From Octopus sinensis (taxonomy: Eukaryota), in assembly GCF_006345805.1 (NCBI RefSeq), contig NC_043000.1, positions 36,828,001-36,892,000 of the forward strand: a stretch of 64,000 bases of DNA, in the 5' to 3' direction. The notes under the pieces are model-generated. The model was given only the letters and a program-made list of their open reading frames with translations. It was not told where the DNA came from and searched no databases. Below are positions 47,871-59,940 of this stretch, piece by piece. Each line of letters starts with the position of its first letter. The first letter of the stretch is position 1. A program made the translations under genes and the position numbers.

Positions 47871-50455
47871 TAGCTTGACAGACAAGCAGATACATAGACA
47901 TTAGTGCCATGTGTTCTAACTCCGCTGCCTAGAGTTAGGATCAGCTCCAATCGTTGAGTGTTTCAAAGACCGGCACCACTTCAATGTTCCACTACCAAAA
48001 GTGTGAAAGACGTTTATAATGTCAGTCTGAATAGACCTTTCAGATATGAATATCTCATTTTTTCAGGTGAATTCTGTTTCCTGATTTATAACTTGTACAA
48101 GCCATGTGCTCTCATAGCCTAAAGATTACTTAGAGACGCTAGGCGAGTTAGAAAAAAAAGCCTGCTTTGTCCATGCCTCTTTTGTACGAAACCATTTGTA
48201 ACCCATAACTACACACTGTGTACATTAAATTATATTTACCTCTCTCCGGATGGAGTAATTTTTTGTTGATCTACCCTTAATGGAGAGCGATATCAGTTTC
48301 GAGCCCTTCTGTCGAAGGTTATTTTCTTGCTGACAATTCTCCACGAGTTCACTCACTTGTTAAATATAGCAGCTAAATCTTTCTCTAATCATATACCACC
48401 AGTTTATAATAGAAGGAAGACGCATCAACGCCCCTGGATACACCGAAAAACACGGAATGACGTCAATAAATTTGATTAAAGTTTTATTTAATCAAAACTG
48501 ACCAGGACTAAACAACAACAATCTAGAGACAAAACCCCCAGGTTCGCTATGTCCCCTTGAACGTAGCATTCCTTACTTGTAGAGTTATTGGCAGCAATGT
48601 TCCATGTAAGGAGTTATAATTTAGAGAAAGAGACAGCAATTTTGAAGGGAGTTGATATCATCGATATCTCTACTCATTAATATCGAAAGAATGAAAAGGA
48701 AAGTGGAACTCGGTGGAATTTGCGCAGAGAATGCAAAGCGCCGGAAAGCAATACCACATAGAATTATATGTAATATAATACACACAAAAAAATCTAGTTA
48801 AATTATCTCGAAAAAAGAAAACCAGTCTGCAATGATGTCATCTCTGCTGTAAGTTACTGAGAAAAGTATGCTGAGTTAATCCATTAAGAGGCTCAGCCAA
48901 TGTTTCCAACGATAATTTTTGCTAACAATATAAATCAAGCGGGCACCTGTCTGCACACATATTTTCTTGTTGATCATATAAATAAAATGCATCACTTTTA
49001 CAAGGGGAAGATTAACAACTACTTCGAAGTTCCTGCAGTTTACTCGCCGTATTCAAACAGTTTGATAATAGCAAACAAGGTGAAACTTCGGAGTCTCTGT
49101 CAGTCCTGTCCTTGTAAAAATTAATCCTAAAAAAGATATTGATCGGCCACTCAGTTTATTTTAAAATTATTTTGGTTAGACAGACAGACATAGAAACACA
49201 CACTGCTATTGATATTGCAGGTGGTCTGCTATTTCTATCTTTCCACACTATCTTCAGAGATCGCATGTGATCAAATCGACTATTTTCAACCTATTTAAAT
49301 ACATCGTATTTAAAAATACCAAAGCCTGCTAACACTAATGAAATACCGTCGGTTTGAAAATGCAAAACAAATATTTAAAATATTTAACATTCATTATTAT
49401 AATGGAAACAAATTTAAGGCTATGGATGGGGGTATTGTTTAAAAAATAACCATGTAATCGCTGGAATTCTTCATAACGCATTCATTTGAATAATTCATAA
49501 CAATGATTCCCATATAATACTTTGCAGAATATATTTTACTGTTGCGTAGTTATTTTGCCTTCTTTCTGTTGTCAACTAATAGAAAAAGATATTCAACAAA
49601 TAACGTCTTAATATATACGTTTTTTTATCCTGTAAAGGGATTATTAAATTACTGTTCGGATGTAAGATCACGTACGACAGCCAGATGTTATTAATCGTGG
49701 ATTACTCCAGTTTTATCCACGTTTCATACATGCTGAAATGGGAATGCGATAAGCGCTAATTCACTCTCTGAAACTAGTGAAATAAATTTAGCATTTACAG
49801 ATACTGGATCGTTTAGTTAGAATTTTTGTTATATATACATGTATATATAACACAAATTCTATTAGTATGTATAAAAAGAGTATGATGAGAATTTACATTA
49901 AAATTATTACATCAAATGGAAATAATTTACAAATTGCTTAACACTGAAATAGATCTGCTTATTTTTACCAAATTTGAAGATTTTCATTTAAGCTTATATA
50001 TTTCCAATTTCAAGGAATAAATATATCAGTTTATCTTTCTTCACTAATTTTCGAATATATCAGGTGAACGCTAATGAAATTTAGGGAATTCGGATTTTAA
50101 GCTAATATAAATGTTAAATATTTTAAAGTGAAATGTGTTTATGAGATTATTGAAAGAGCCATTCGCCAAAGACAATTTTAAAGTCTAAACGAATTCATCG
50201 CCTTACTTCTATCAAAAGGCAATGACATTCCACATGGTATGAAAAATAAAATATCTTACTTTTCAAGATGGTTGCTTTATGGATTTAAATTGTATATCCA
50301 GTGGTTTTATTTGCATTCCGGTAAGTTTGCCGCAGTTAGAGATCGAATGAATAAGATACAAATGGTTGGTAAATACACAAAATCGCGTGACCTCTGAGAA
50401 TATAGTGATAATACAGAAACAGTAAAATAACTATTAATTTTGAATTTTTATTTAT

Positions 50456-50457
<2 letters not shown>

Positions 50458-50517
<60 letters not shown>
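50458..50517. repeat. Pure (TG)n tract of about 60 bp
   Basis: Direct inspection. It abuts a SINE head. Confidence 0.95.
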
Positions 50518-50519
<2 letters not shown>

Positions 50520-50876
50520 GCGAAATGGCCCAGTGGTTAGGGCAGCGGACTCGCGGTCGTAGGATCGAGTTTCGATACCCAGACCGGGCGTTGCGATTGC
50601 TTATTAAGCGAAAACACCTAAGGCTCAACGAGGCTCCGACAGGCGGGGAGGCGAACCCTGCTGTATTCTTTCACCGTAACTTTCTCTCAATCTTTCTTCC
50701 TGTTTCTGTTGTATCTGTATTTCAAAGGGATAGCCTTGTCACACACTGTCACGCTGAATCTCCCCAAAAACTACGTTATGGGTACACGTGTCTGTGGAGT
50801 GCCAAGCCACTTGCACGTTAATTTCACGAGCAGGTTTTTCTGTTGAAAGGATCAACTGGAGCCGACGGAGTGCCAC
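50518..50876 (+). mobile_element. SINE family C (tRNA-Arg-like head)
   Basis: A-box TGGCCCAGTGG, GCGGACTCGCGG anticodon-like region, B-box GTTTCGATACCC, and a body and tail shared with 28411-28761. Confidence 0.9.
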
Positions 50877-51349
50877 GATATATATTAAAATAGCCTACGC
50901 TACTTTTATCTGCAGAGAAATAAAGCCCTACAAAATTTTGCTGCAGTATCTTAATTCATTTCAAAGAACTGAACCTCCGAGATGCTTTGGCAGAATGGAC
51001 ACCGTCTTTTTGTAAAGGATTTGGCTGCTTATCAATCCCTACACTGGATTAAATTGGTAATAGACACCTTGCCAAGGATTCGACTAGAGTTTTAGTCATT
51101 TAAATGATTTTCAAGAAACTTTGTAGCTGCCACCTAAACTTTCCTCTAAACCATACATTCTCCTCCAGCATATTAATCCTTTTTTTGTTTACAATCCGAC
51201 TCCCTTGTTTTAGTTTTGTATGCGCCACACATACATCCGCTTTGAATTAGATTGTTACTTTCTTCAGAATATGTAATAACAAACATTCGTCCTTTTGTAT
51301 TTCATTTACATCTAATTAGCCTCTGAAATCATTGGTTTCCTATCTGTCG

Positions 51350-51640
51350 AATCTTCGTTCGAATCCAAGGGCTTTTAGTACTGTTATGTAATATATTGTT
51401 CAGTATGGTGAATATAATATGTAGCAGAGTCTCGCATACGTAAGATGACAAACCATTATTTAGCAGGCACGCGATCCGGTCAATTTGAAAACAAGGGCTC
51501 ACTTTAGGAGGGTCTATTTCTGAACAAAGGCAAATCAAGTAGATAACGTCTGTATCAGCTGATGAGAGGTTTTGCTCAGTTGAGGAAATGCAGTTTACGA
51601 GTGGATCCTCTCAATATATATAGCTTGTGAGAACAACAGG
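51350..51640 (+). mobile_element. Penelope-like element 3' remnant (GIY-YIG C-terminus plus hammerhead-like motif)
   Basis: The frameshifted ...AES..IRDDKPLFSR..S.. fits the PLE ESxxIxxxKPxLN motif, and is followed by CAG-CUGAUGA-GAGG...CCUC-UCAA-UAUAUAUAG. Confidence 0.45.
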
Positions 51641-53396
51641 TTTATTTTGATATTGTTAGATCTCCTCAGATAGGCATCTTTACTCACTCTCGAGAAATGA
51701 TTTTTCTCTACTCACTGTGTTTCGACACATAAGCACTGTTTCTTCTTTCTCACATACTATTTCCCAATTCTATGTATAAACAACGAAGTCAATATACAAC
51801 GATGAAGATAATTAAGAAAATTAAAAGAGTGAAAAAGAGAGTAAGATCAAAACATATCAGTGGCTCACTCTGATTGGTTATAAAGACAACTCCAAAAGAT
51901 GAGAATTTATAATTTCTTATGGGAACTATCTGTTTTCTGCTAGTTGGAATTTGGAAATTGCTCAATAAATATTAATTGAAAATTCCTACATATTTGTTAT
52001 ACATTGAAAGATGGTCACGTAATTAATACAAAAAAAAGTACCAAAAGTAAAGTTACATTAAAATTTCTATTTTCATGCTTTTGTGTATTTTAAAAGCTTG
52101 AGTATATCACGTGATTGTGTATGGGAGTTGTTGGTGTGAGGATTTCGTAAGGGTTTTTGGCAACCATTGATGTAAAAAAATATCGATTTAATCATCAATG
52201 ATTATGAGTGTTTTTCTTAGATGCCCCTCTCCTCAATTACTTGAATAATCATCCCCAGAAAAACTGCCACTATTGATCTGACAAAATATACGAACAACGG
52301 ATTGAAAACACAAATACACACACACAACATTAAATTTACTCCCTCACAAGTGTGTAAGAAAATTTGTTTGGAGGCTGAAATGCATCTGGGTCTTAGAATT
52401 TTAGTTTTTAAAATTCTTCACATAAAATACCATACCGGTTTCAACAAGTGATTTTTGAATGGTAAATAAAAGTAAAAAAAGATGAAAATTTAAAAGAAAG
52501 AGAATGGACAAGAGAAAATTTCATAGCGAAAGAACAGTGAAAAATCGAATGTTCAATGGATATCATCGCAAAATTACATGATGTATGGCTAATCATTCAT
52601 TTTCAAAGTCATCCTACAGCCGACCATAGCAATTTTGTGTACACCTTTTGAAAATTGTTAGAAAATTGTTTCCTTGAGAAACTAGAAGTTGCTCAAAAAC
52701 AGAATTTTACGTGGAGTCTTTGGTTGTGGTGCGAGTTTGAAAACATATGATCAGCAGTACTTATTAAAGCAACATTCAGTAAATAAATAATTTGCACTGT
52801 TCGTATAAAAAGAAATCCTGTTATACTTTTCGAAACATGCCTGTCGAAATTTATCGACCGTAATAGACCCAACTAAACTGATATAAATCCTTATTAGTAC
52901 GCAAGTATTATATTTAACATCCATCATTAGTGTTTATTTGTTAGAATAACAAAATGTAAGTGAAAAATTTACATCAGAAAACTTATCTCAATCGTACCGT
53001 TAGTAAACAGTCTGATACAAATATGTAACTATTCGACATTTATTCTGTCCATATAACTACGAAGAAAATATGGGTGTAAAACAAAGAGATTGTGTTGGAT
53101 AGCAATACATATTTGCATTAACATGAAATGATATAAATATTTTTTTATAAGGATAGTATCCGCTTCACTGATAAATGGGTGTTGTGCTTTAATCTAATAA
53201 GGATTGTTGCTGCCGATAGAAAAAATATGATGTTGGACCAAAAGTATTCATCAAGAACCTTCAAGAAAACAAGAAGTGCCGTCAATAATGACGTTAAGTT
53301 TTGTTGTTTTCAATATTCAGCAGGTTTTCCTCACTTTTTTTTACAGCTTAAACTATTTTCGTTTCAGCCACACTGGAGGACTACAACTTTTTCCTA

Positions 53397-53775
53397 TTCT
53401 TTACTTGTTTCAGTCATTTGACTACGGCTATACTGGAGCACCGCATTTAGTCGAGCAAATCGACCCCAGGACTTATTTTTTGTAAGCCTAGTACTTATTC
53501 TATCGGTCTATTTTACCGAACCGCTAAGTCACGGGGACGTAGACGCCAGCATCGGTTGTCAAGCGATGTTGGGGGGACAAACGCAGACACACAAACATAC
53601 ATATTTATATATATACGACAGGCTTCTTTCAGTTTCCATTTACCAAATCCACTCACAAGGCTTTGATCGGCCCGAGGGTATGGTAGAAGACACTTGCCCA
53701 AGATGTCACGCAGTGGGACTGAACGCAGAACCATGTGGTTGGGGAGCAAGATACTTACCACACAGCTACTCCTAT
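53397..53775 (-). mobile_element. SINE family B (left member of a head-to-head pair)
   Basis: Complete tail-to-head match to family B. Confidence 0.92.
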
Positions 53776-53794
53776 TTTCGCCCCCTCCAAAAAA

Positions 53795-54135
53795 GTGTAG
53801 TTAAGAAGGTCACATTGCAACCACGTGGTTTCGGCTTTAGTTCCACTGCGCGAAACCTTGGACAGGAAGTGCCTTCTATAGCATCCCTGGGTTTTGTAAA
53901 TGAATTTGGTAACGAAAAACCCAATCGAATACCGTCGTGCGCGCGCGCGTGACCTATCCCTTATCATTTAACAACCAGTCTCTTAGGGCCCTGTAACTTA
54001 GAAGCTCAGCTAAAAGGTCCGACAGAATAAATACCAGACTTTGAAAAAAAAATTAGTACTGGGGTTGATTTATTCGACTAAAACCCACCAAAGACGGTGC
54101 TCCAGTAGGACCGCAATTCAATGATTAAAAGAAGA
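53795..54135 (+). mobile_element. SINE family B, older (right member of a head-to-head pair)
   Basis: GTGTAGTTAAGAAG...CCACTGCGCGAAACCTTGGACAGG...GACGGTGCTCCAGTAGGACCGCAATTCAATGATTAAAAG. Confidence 0.8.
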
Positions 54136-54812
54136 GATAAAGACAAAAATTGTTTCACTAAATGCTTCAAAATTTTGTTTTCTCGACTTTATTATGTTGT
54201 CGTAAATTTAATATTTTGTCAATTTTTGTTTTAATATATTGAATTATAATCGTAAGAAATGGTTCATGTTTATCTCTAAGTTGTGTTAGAAGACACTTAG
54301 GAGTAAACACAGTCGTTTCTTTTAGATCTACAGATAAAGAGATGCGATAAAACGATGAGCAACATTGTTCTAATATTGCATTGGAAAAAGTTCCAGCTCT
54401 GCTAACGATGTTGTTGTACTACATAATAATTTGTTTGGTAGTTTACATTAGGAAAATACGTTCGAAAACAACCGCAGACATCGACTGTATTTTATTCATG
54501 CTAAGAAGTGGAATTTTAAAGTTCCATAATTTTCCTATCAGAGATTTGATTAGCAGAATATATATGGAATCGTAAAGTTTCTCTCTCTCCCTCTCTCTAT
54601 CACTGTCCCTCTCTCTCTCTCTCTAATTATATATAATTATTTAATACATTTTGATTCGGCGCCGTGCAGCTTAAAGTTTCACACGATTCTGTCAGAAACC
54701 CGTCTCCTTCAGGCTCAGATTACCGAATGAAGAAACTCAGGAAGTCCAAGATGGCTACTGAAAATTGGGTCAAGGCGGGTCACATGAATTAGAAGCGAGA
54801 TCGGCATTATAT

Positions 54813-54855
<43 letters not shown>

Positions 54856-54860
<5 letters not shown>

Positions 54861-55770
54861 TGCAGTCAGTAATGAATAACGGGTTTCACTGAGGATAGCG
54901 AATAAGACAAATATGTCCATAACTTTTACCAGCTCCACTGCCAATACGACATGGTCCAGAAACCTGAATTTATTGTGCTTTTTGCAGATATCATCATATT
55001 TTAAGAGGGAATGCAGTGCACATGACGTCTTATAGGGTCTTCAAGACTGTAGAGAGAGACAAACAGACAGAAGGAGGTATTCTCAAACCGAATGTGTGCA
55101 GCAGAGTTAACCCCACATAATTCAAGACACCTAAGGTGCTGGAAGGAGTGGGGGAGTAAACTAGATTATGGTCTGCTATTGAAGTAGGCAACCGCATGAT
55201 GCGATCGCAGAACGTGTTGTTTTGGATTAAATACCACAAGGCATCTTGTCCGATGTTCTTACAATTCCACTAATCCACCATTCTAGATTGGTACATTTTT
55301 ATTGGCCTCAAACGGATGGAAAAGCCAAGTTGACCTCGGCAGGATATGAAGTCAGAATTAAGAATAAATTCCACCAGACGTTTTGTTTATCACTCTACCG
55401 ATTCTTGCAATCAGCCGCCTTCTTTCTTGTTTTTAGATTTTAAACAACCAACAAGGAAGATTTTGCCTGGTAATTGATTGACTAATTTCAGTTGATGGCG
55501 GTTCTTTTCTATTCACCTCACTCTATTGCGTATGTGAGACCGTCTGGTGTTTGGTGTTTAGTATGCAGAACGCTTTCCTCAGTTAATTTTCGCCCACAGT
55601 CATTTTAAAACATTTTTTCCAACGAAGACAGTCAGTCAGTCAGTCAGTCAGTCTCTCTCTCTCTCTCGTTAAAGTAGAATTTTTGCCAGCGTCTTTCACC
55701 TTAGTTTTCTATACGAAATAAAGTCACAGACCTCCGTCCGATCAATACTTAGTTCAGTTCAATGACAGAG

Positions 55771-55812
<42 letters not shown>

Positions 55813-56727
55813 ATTTATTGCAGTCAGTAATGAATAACGGGTTTCACTGAGGATAGCGAATAAGACAAATATGTCCATAACTTTTACCAGCTCCACTGCC
55901 AATACGACATGGTCCAGAAACCTGAATTTATTGTGCTTTTTGCAGATATCATCATATTTTAAGAGGGAATGCAGTGCACATGACGTCTTATAGGGTCTTC
56001 AAGACTGTAGAGAGAGACAAACAGACAGAAGGAGGTATTCTCAAACCGAATGTGTGCAGCAGAGTTAACCCCACATAATTCAAGACACCTAAGGTGCTGG
56101 AAGGAGTGGGGGAGTAAACTAGATTATGGTCTGCTATTGAAGTAGGCAACCGCATGATGCGATCGCAGAACGTGTTGTTTTGGATTAAATACCACAAGGC
56201 ATCTTGTCCGATGTTCTTACAATTCCACTAATCCACCATTCTAGATTGGTACATTTTTATTGGCCTCAAACGGATGGAAAAGCCAAGTTGACCTCGGCAG
56301 GATATGAAGTCAGAATTAAGAATAAATTCCACCAGACGTTTTGTTTATCACTCTACCGATTCTTGCAATCAGCCGCCTTCTTTCTTGTTTTTAGATTTTA
56401 AACAACCACAAGGAAGATTTTGCCTGGTAATTGATTGACTAATTTCAGTTGATGGCGGTTCTTTTCTATTCACCTCACTCTATTGCGTATGTGAGACCGT
56501 CTGGTGTTTGGTGTTTAGTATGCAGAACGCTTTCCTCAGTTAATTTTCGCCCACAGTCATTTTAAAACATTTTTTCCAACGAAGACAGTCAGTCAGTCAG
56601 TCAGTCAGTCTCTCTCTCTCTCTCGTTAAAGTAGAATTTTTGCCAGCGTCTTTCACCTTAGTTTTCTATACGAAATAAAGTCACAGACCTCCGTCCGATC
56701 AATACTTAGTTCAGTTCAATGACAGAG
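54856..56727. repeat. Two-copy tandem duplication, period 958/957 bp, bounded by (TA)n tracts
   Basis: Identical ORFs at 55030/55988 and 55246/56204. The only difference I saw in the unique part is a 1-nt indel (CAACCAACAAGG versus CAACCACAAGG). Confidence 0.97.
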
Positions 56728-56776
<49 letters not shown>

Positions 56777-56888
56777 CATCCTCTACAAACTATATTCCGT
56801 CGTCGGGAATTTCAGCTGCAGCATTCTGTTACATGTTATACGCATAACTATAATAATCTCTCCCTCTCTCTCTCTTTTTTTCCTTGAT

Positions 56889-57212
56889 AGGCGCAGACGT
56901 GACTGTGTGGTGAGAAGTTTGCTTCGCAACCATATGATTACGATTTCAGTCCCACTGCGTGGAACTTTGTGTCTTCTACTGTATTATTGGGCCGACTAAA
57001 GCCTTGTGAAAGGATTTGGTAAATAGAAATTGAAAGAAGCCCGTATATGTGTGTGTCCCACATCATCGCTTGATAACCAATGCTGGCGTGGTTACGTACC
57101 CGTCACCCTGGGTTTCGGCAAAAAAATAAGTACTCTGGTCGATTTGTTCGATTAAAAAATTCTTCAATGCGGTGCCCCAGCATGGCCGCAGTGTAATGAC
57201 TGAAACAAGAAA
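56889..57212 (+). mobile_element. SINE family B
   Basis: AGGCGCAGACGTGACTGTGTGGTGAG head and GCCCCAGCATGGCCGCAGTGTAATGACTGAAAC tail. Confidence 0.88.
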
Positions 57213-57613
57213 AATGATAGATGCTATTTGCAACTTATTTTACCTTTGCCGTTTTCATAAAGCTTTTGGGTTCTTACCATTCCGAATATAAAAACATCAA
57301 TCACAATCTTCAGTTTCAGAATAATTTATTGAAATTATTTCCCCAAGTTTCAAAATCCAAGAAGCATTCTTCAACGAAACCCAAATCAATTTTAATTTGA
57401 TTTTTCACTAAAAGAGATTATTCCTGCGAAGAATTTCAACTTTAAGATAATGAGAAAACGATGGTCTCCCAAAGCAAGATATTGGTAGCCTTCGACAAGG
57501 AAATAAACTCATCAGGTTCCAACACCCTAGATTCTACCCATCGTCACTTCTGTGGGTAGCTAGATGCGGTAAATTGTCCCAGCTAATATATGTAGCAATA
57601 TTTGTGTACCATA

Positions 57614-58050
57614 TGGCGGCGAGCTGGCAGAATCGTTAGCAAACCGGGCGAAATGCTTAGAGGTCTTTCGTCTGCCGTTACGTTCCGAGTTCAAATTCTA
57701 CCATCCTTTCGAGGTCGATTAAATAAGTACCAGTTACGCACTGGGGTCCATGTAATCACTGAATCCCTATGCCTGTCCTTGTTTGTCTCCTGTATGTTTA
57801 GATCCCTATGGGCAATAAAGAAATAAATACTTGTGTACCATTCGAGGTGGCGTGCTGACAGTCATTAGCAAGCCGACCGAAATGCTTAGCGGCATTTCGT
57901 CCGTCTTTTCTCCCTGAGTTCAAATTCCACCGATGTCACCTTTGCCTTTTATCGTTTCGGGGTCGATTAAATAAGCACCAGTTGAAAACTGGGGTCGATG
58001 TAACCGACTTAACCGAAATTTCAAGCGTTGTACCAAAATTTCAAATCAAT
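57614..58050 (+). mobile_element. Two tandem SINE family A copies
   Basis: Heads at about 57614 (GGCGGCGAGCTGGCAGAATCG) and 57844 (GAGGTGGCGTGCTGACAG). TTGTGTACCAT precedes both, which suggests a TSD for the first. Confidence 0.88.
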
Positions 58051-58320
58051 ATTGGTGTATTATGAAACATCACAAGACTTACTAGATGTGAAAAGGTGTT
58101 TTCATTGACGTATCTAATTAAATATAAAACGAACTCACTTAATCGACTTATATCTGCTACTTATAGAAAATTAGCTTTCATGCCGTACTTCAACACAATA
58201 ACTCCCAACTAACAATTTTAAGAAGTTCATAAGATGTATGTTCTATGCATCTTTTGCTTCCGTTTTTTTTTTCTATATTTCAAACAAACCTCTAGTTTCG
58301 CAAAATTTTAAGAAATTATA

Positions 58321-58538
58321 TAGTAATCCTTCGACTATCGCGGGTGTTACGTTCCAAAACTCTCCGCGATAGGTGAAAATCCACGAAGTAGAAACAGTAC
58401 TGTATATATTTTTCTATTATTTTTATGTGAATATATTTATTTTATTATAAATGAACAACACCACAGAGGAATTGATGTAAGCTTAAATAAATAAAAAAAA
58501 CTGCGATAGGTGAACCGCTGTATGGCGATGGATTACTA
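58321..58538. mobile_element. Tigger/pogo-like MITE, intact, TA-flanked
   Basis: TA|TAGTAATCCTTCG...CGATGGATTACTA|TA terminal inverted repeats. Confidence 0.85.
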
Positions 58539-58598
58539 TATTAGTACTGTCACCAGTATTAAGTTCGTGAGAAGATTTCTCAATATTCACATTAAAGT

Positions 58599-58795
58599 AA
58601 GGTGGCGAGCTAGCAGAATCGTTAGAACGCCGGGCTAAATGCTTAGCGGCATTTCATCTGTCTTTGTGTTCTGAGTCCAAATTCCGACAAGGTTGCTTTC
58701 ACCTTTCCTCCTTTCAGTTGTGCAATGGGGCCGGTGTAACCGACCGAGCTTCTCTTTCAAAATTACTGGCCTAGTACCAAACTTTGAAACGAATA
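58599..58795 (+). mobile_element. SINE family A
   Basis: AGGTGGCGAGCTAGCAGAATCGTTAG head. AATATTCA-ATTAAA flanks it on both sides. Confidence 0.85.
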
Positions 58796-59109
58796 TTCAT
58801 ATTAAAAGATGTTCAGTTTGCAGAAGAGGGTAGAGCGGAGGACAAAATATCTTCTAGTATATGGCGGTGTCTCAGTTCACCTAGTTCAATTCCATCTCGG
58901 ATTTAGGGATCCTTAAAAATGTTTACATCGATACAAGTGAAATACAGATATCAACTAAACCTTTCATTCATTTGGAATGATAAAAAAAAGTACCAGTCAA
59001 ATACTTATGTCGATAATAAGCCATGTGTCTCTGATGCAGGTCGATATTTACTTCATGCAAATCCTCTCAGATTCATTGGCGAAAGAAGTCGGCAGACATT
59101 CTTACATCA

Positions 59110-59435
59110 GTGACCTTTCCATCAAATTGTTGGAAACTCATCGACCCAAGTATTTTTTTTTAAGCCTGATACTTGTTTTATCGGTCTCTTTTGTTACTGG
59201 GACGAAAACACGCCAACACCAGTTTTCAAGCGGTGGGGAGAAGGAAAAGACACACACATGTGTGTGTGTTACACATACACACGACGGGATTCTTTCAGTT
59301 TCCCTCTACCAAATCCACTCACAAGTCTTTGGTCAGCTATAGTAGAGGACACTTGCTAAAGTGTGCCACGCAGTGGGACTGAACTTTGAACCATGTGGTT
59401 GGGGAGCAAATTTCTTACCATACAGCCACGCCTGC
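59110..59435 (-). mobile_element. SINE family B
   Basis: TCTTTCAGTTTCCCTCTACCAAATCCACTCACAAG...GTGGGACTGAAC...CTTACCATACAGCCACGCCTGC. Confidence 0.88.
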
Positions 59436-59737
59436 ACCGCACAGCCACGCCAGCACCGCACAGCCACGCCTGCACCGCACAGCCACGCCAACACCGCACA
59501 CAGCCGCGCCTGCACCGCACACAGCCGCGCCTGCACCGCACACAGCCGCGCCTGCACCCCACAGCCTGACCAACACCGCACAGCTACACCACCACCGCAC
59601 AGCCTCACCAACACCCTCACCAACACCGCACAGCCACGCCTGCACCGCACAGCCACGCCTGCACTGCACAGCCACGCCTGCACTGCACCGCACAGCCACA
59701 CCAGCACCGCACAGCCACGCCTGCACCGCACAGCCAC
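59422..59737 (-). repeat. Minisatellite of about 16 units of a 19-bp motif (ACAGCCACGCCTGCACCGC) derived from the SINE 5' end
   Basis: Units counted by eye (19-24 bp with variants). The first unit is the SINE's own 5' terminus. Confidence 0.92.
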
Positions 59738-59754
59738 TAAATATCTAAAATGAA

Positions 59755-59940
59755 TTGTGCCCCTAATTCAAAAGGTCCCGCTTTATCACATTCTGTTTCA
59801 CGTCAAATCTCCCATTGAACTACATTAAGGGCATAAGTGTCTGTGGAATGCTCAGCCACTTGCACGTTAATTTCCCGAGCAGGTAGTTCCGTTGATCGGA
59901 TCAGCTGGAACCCTCATCGTCGTAACCGAAGGAGTGCCAT
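59755..59940 (+). mobile_element. SINE family C 3' half
   Basis: ATTCAAAAGGTCC...GTGTCTGTGGAATGCTCAGCCACTTGCACGTTAATTTC...CGTAACCGAAGGAGTGCC. Confidence 0.85.

Noticed and set aside
50518-50590. tRNA-Arg gene (and other tRNA-like heads)
   Set aside because: The A and B boxes continue into a shared SINE body in several dispersed copies, with no proper acceptor stem or terminator.
55030-55239. Duplicated 69-aa and 65-aa ORFs as a gene pair
   Set aside because: Their identity just reflects the tandem duplication. One overlaps a decayed SINE-A and the other has only a weak DHNLV resemblance to LINE endonucleases.
59333-59753. Cys/Arg- or Pro/His-rich proteins, or a CRISPR-like array
   Set aside because: The ORFs come from a stop-free 19-bp minisatellite. 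There are no unique spacers and no cas genes, and the DNA is eukaryotic.
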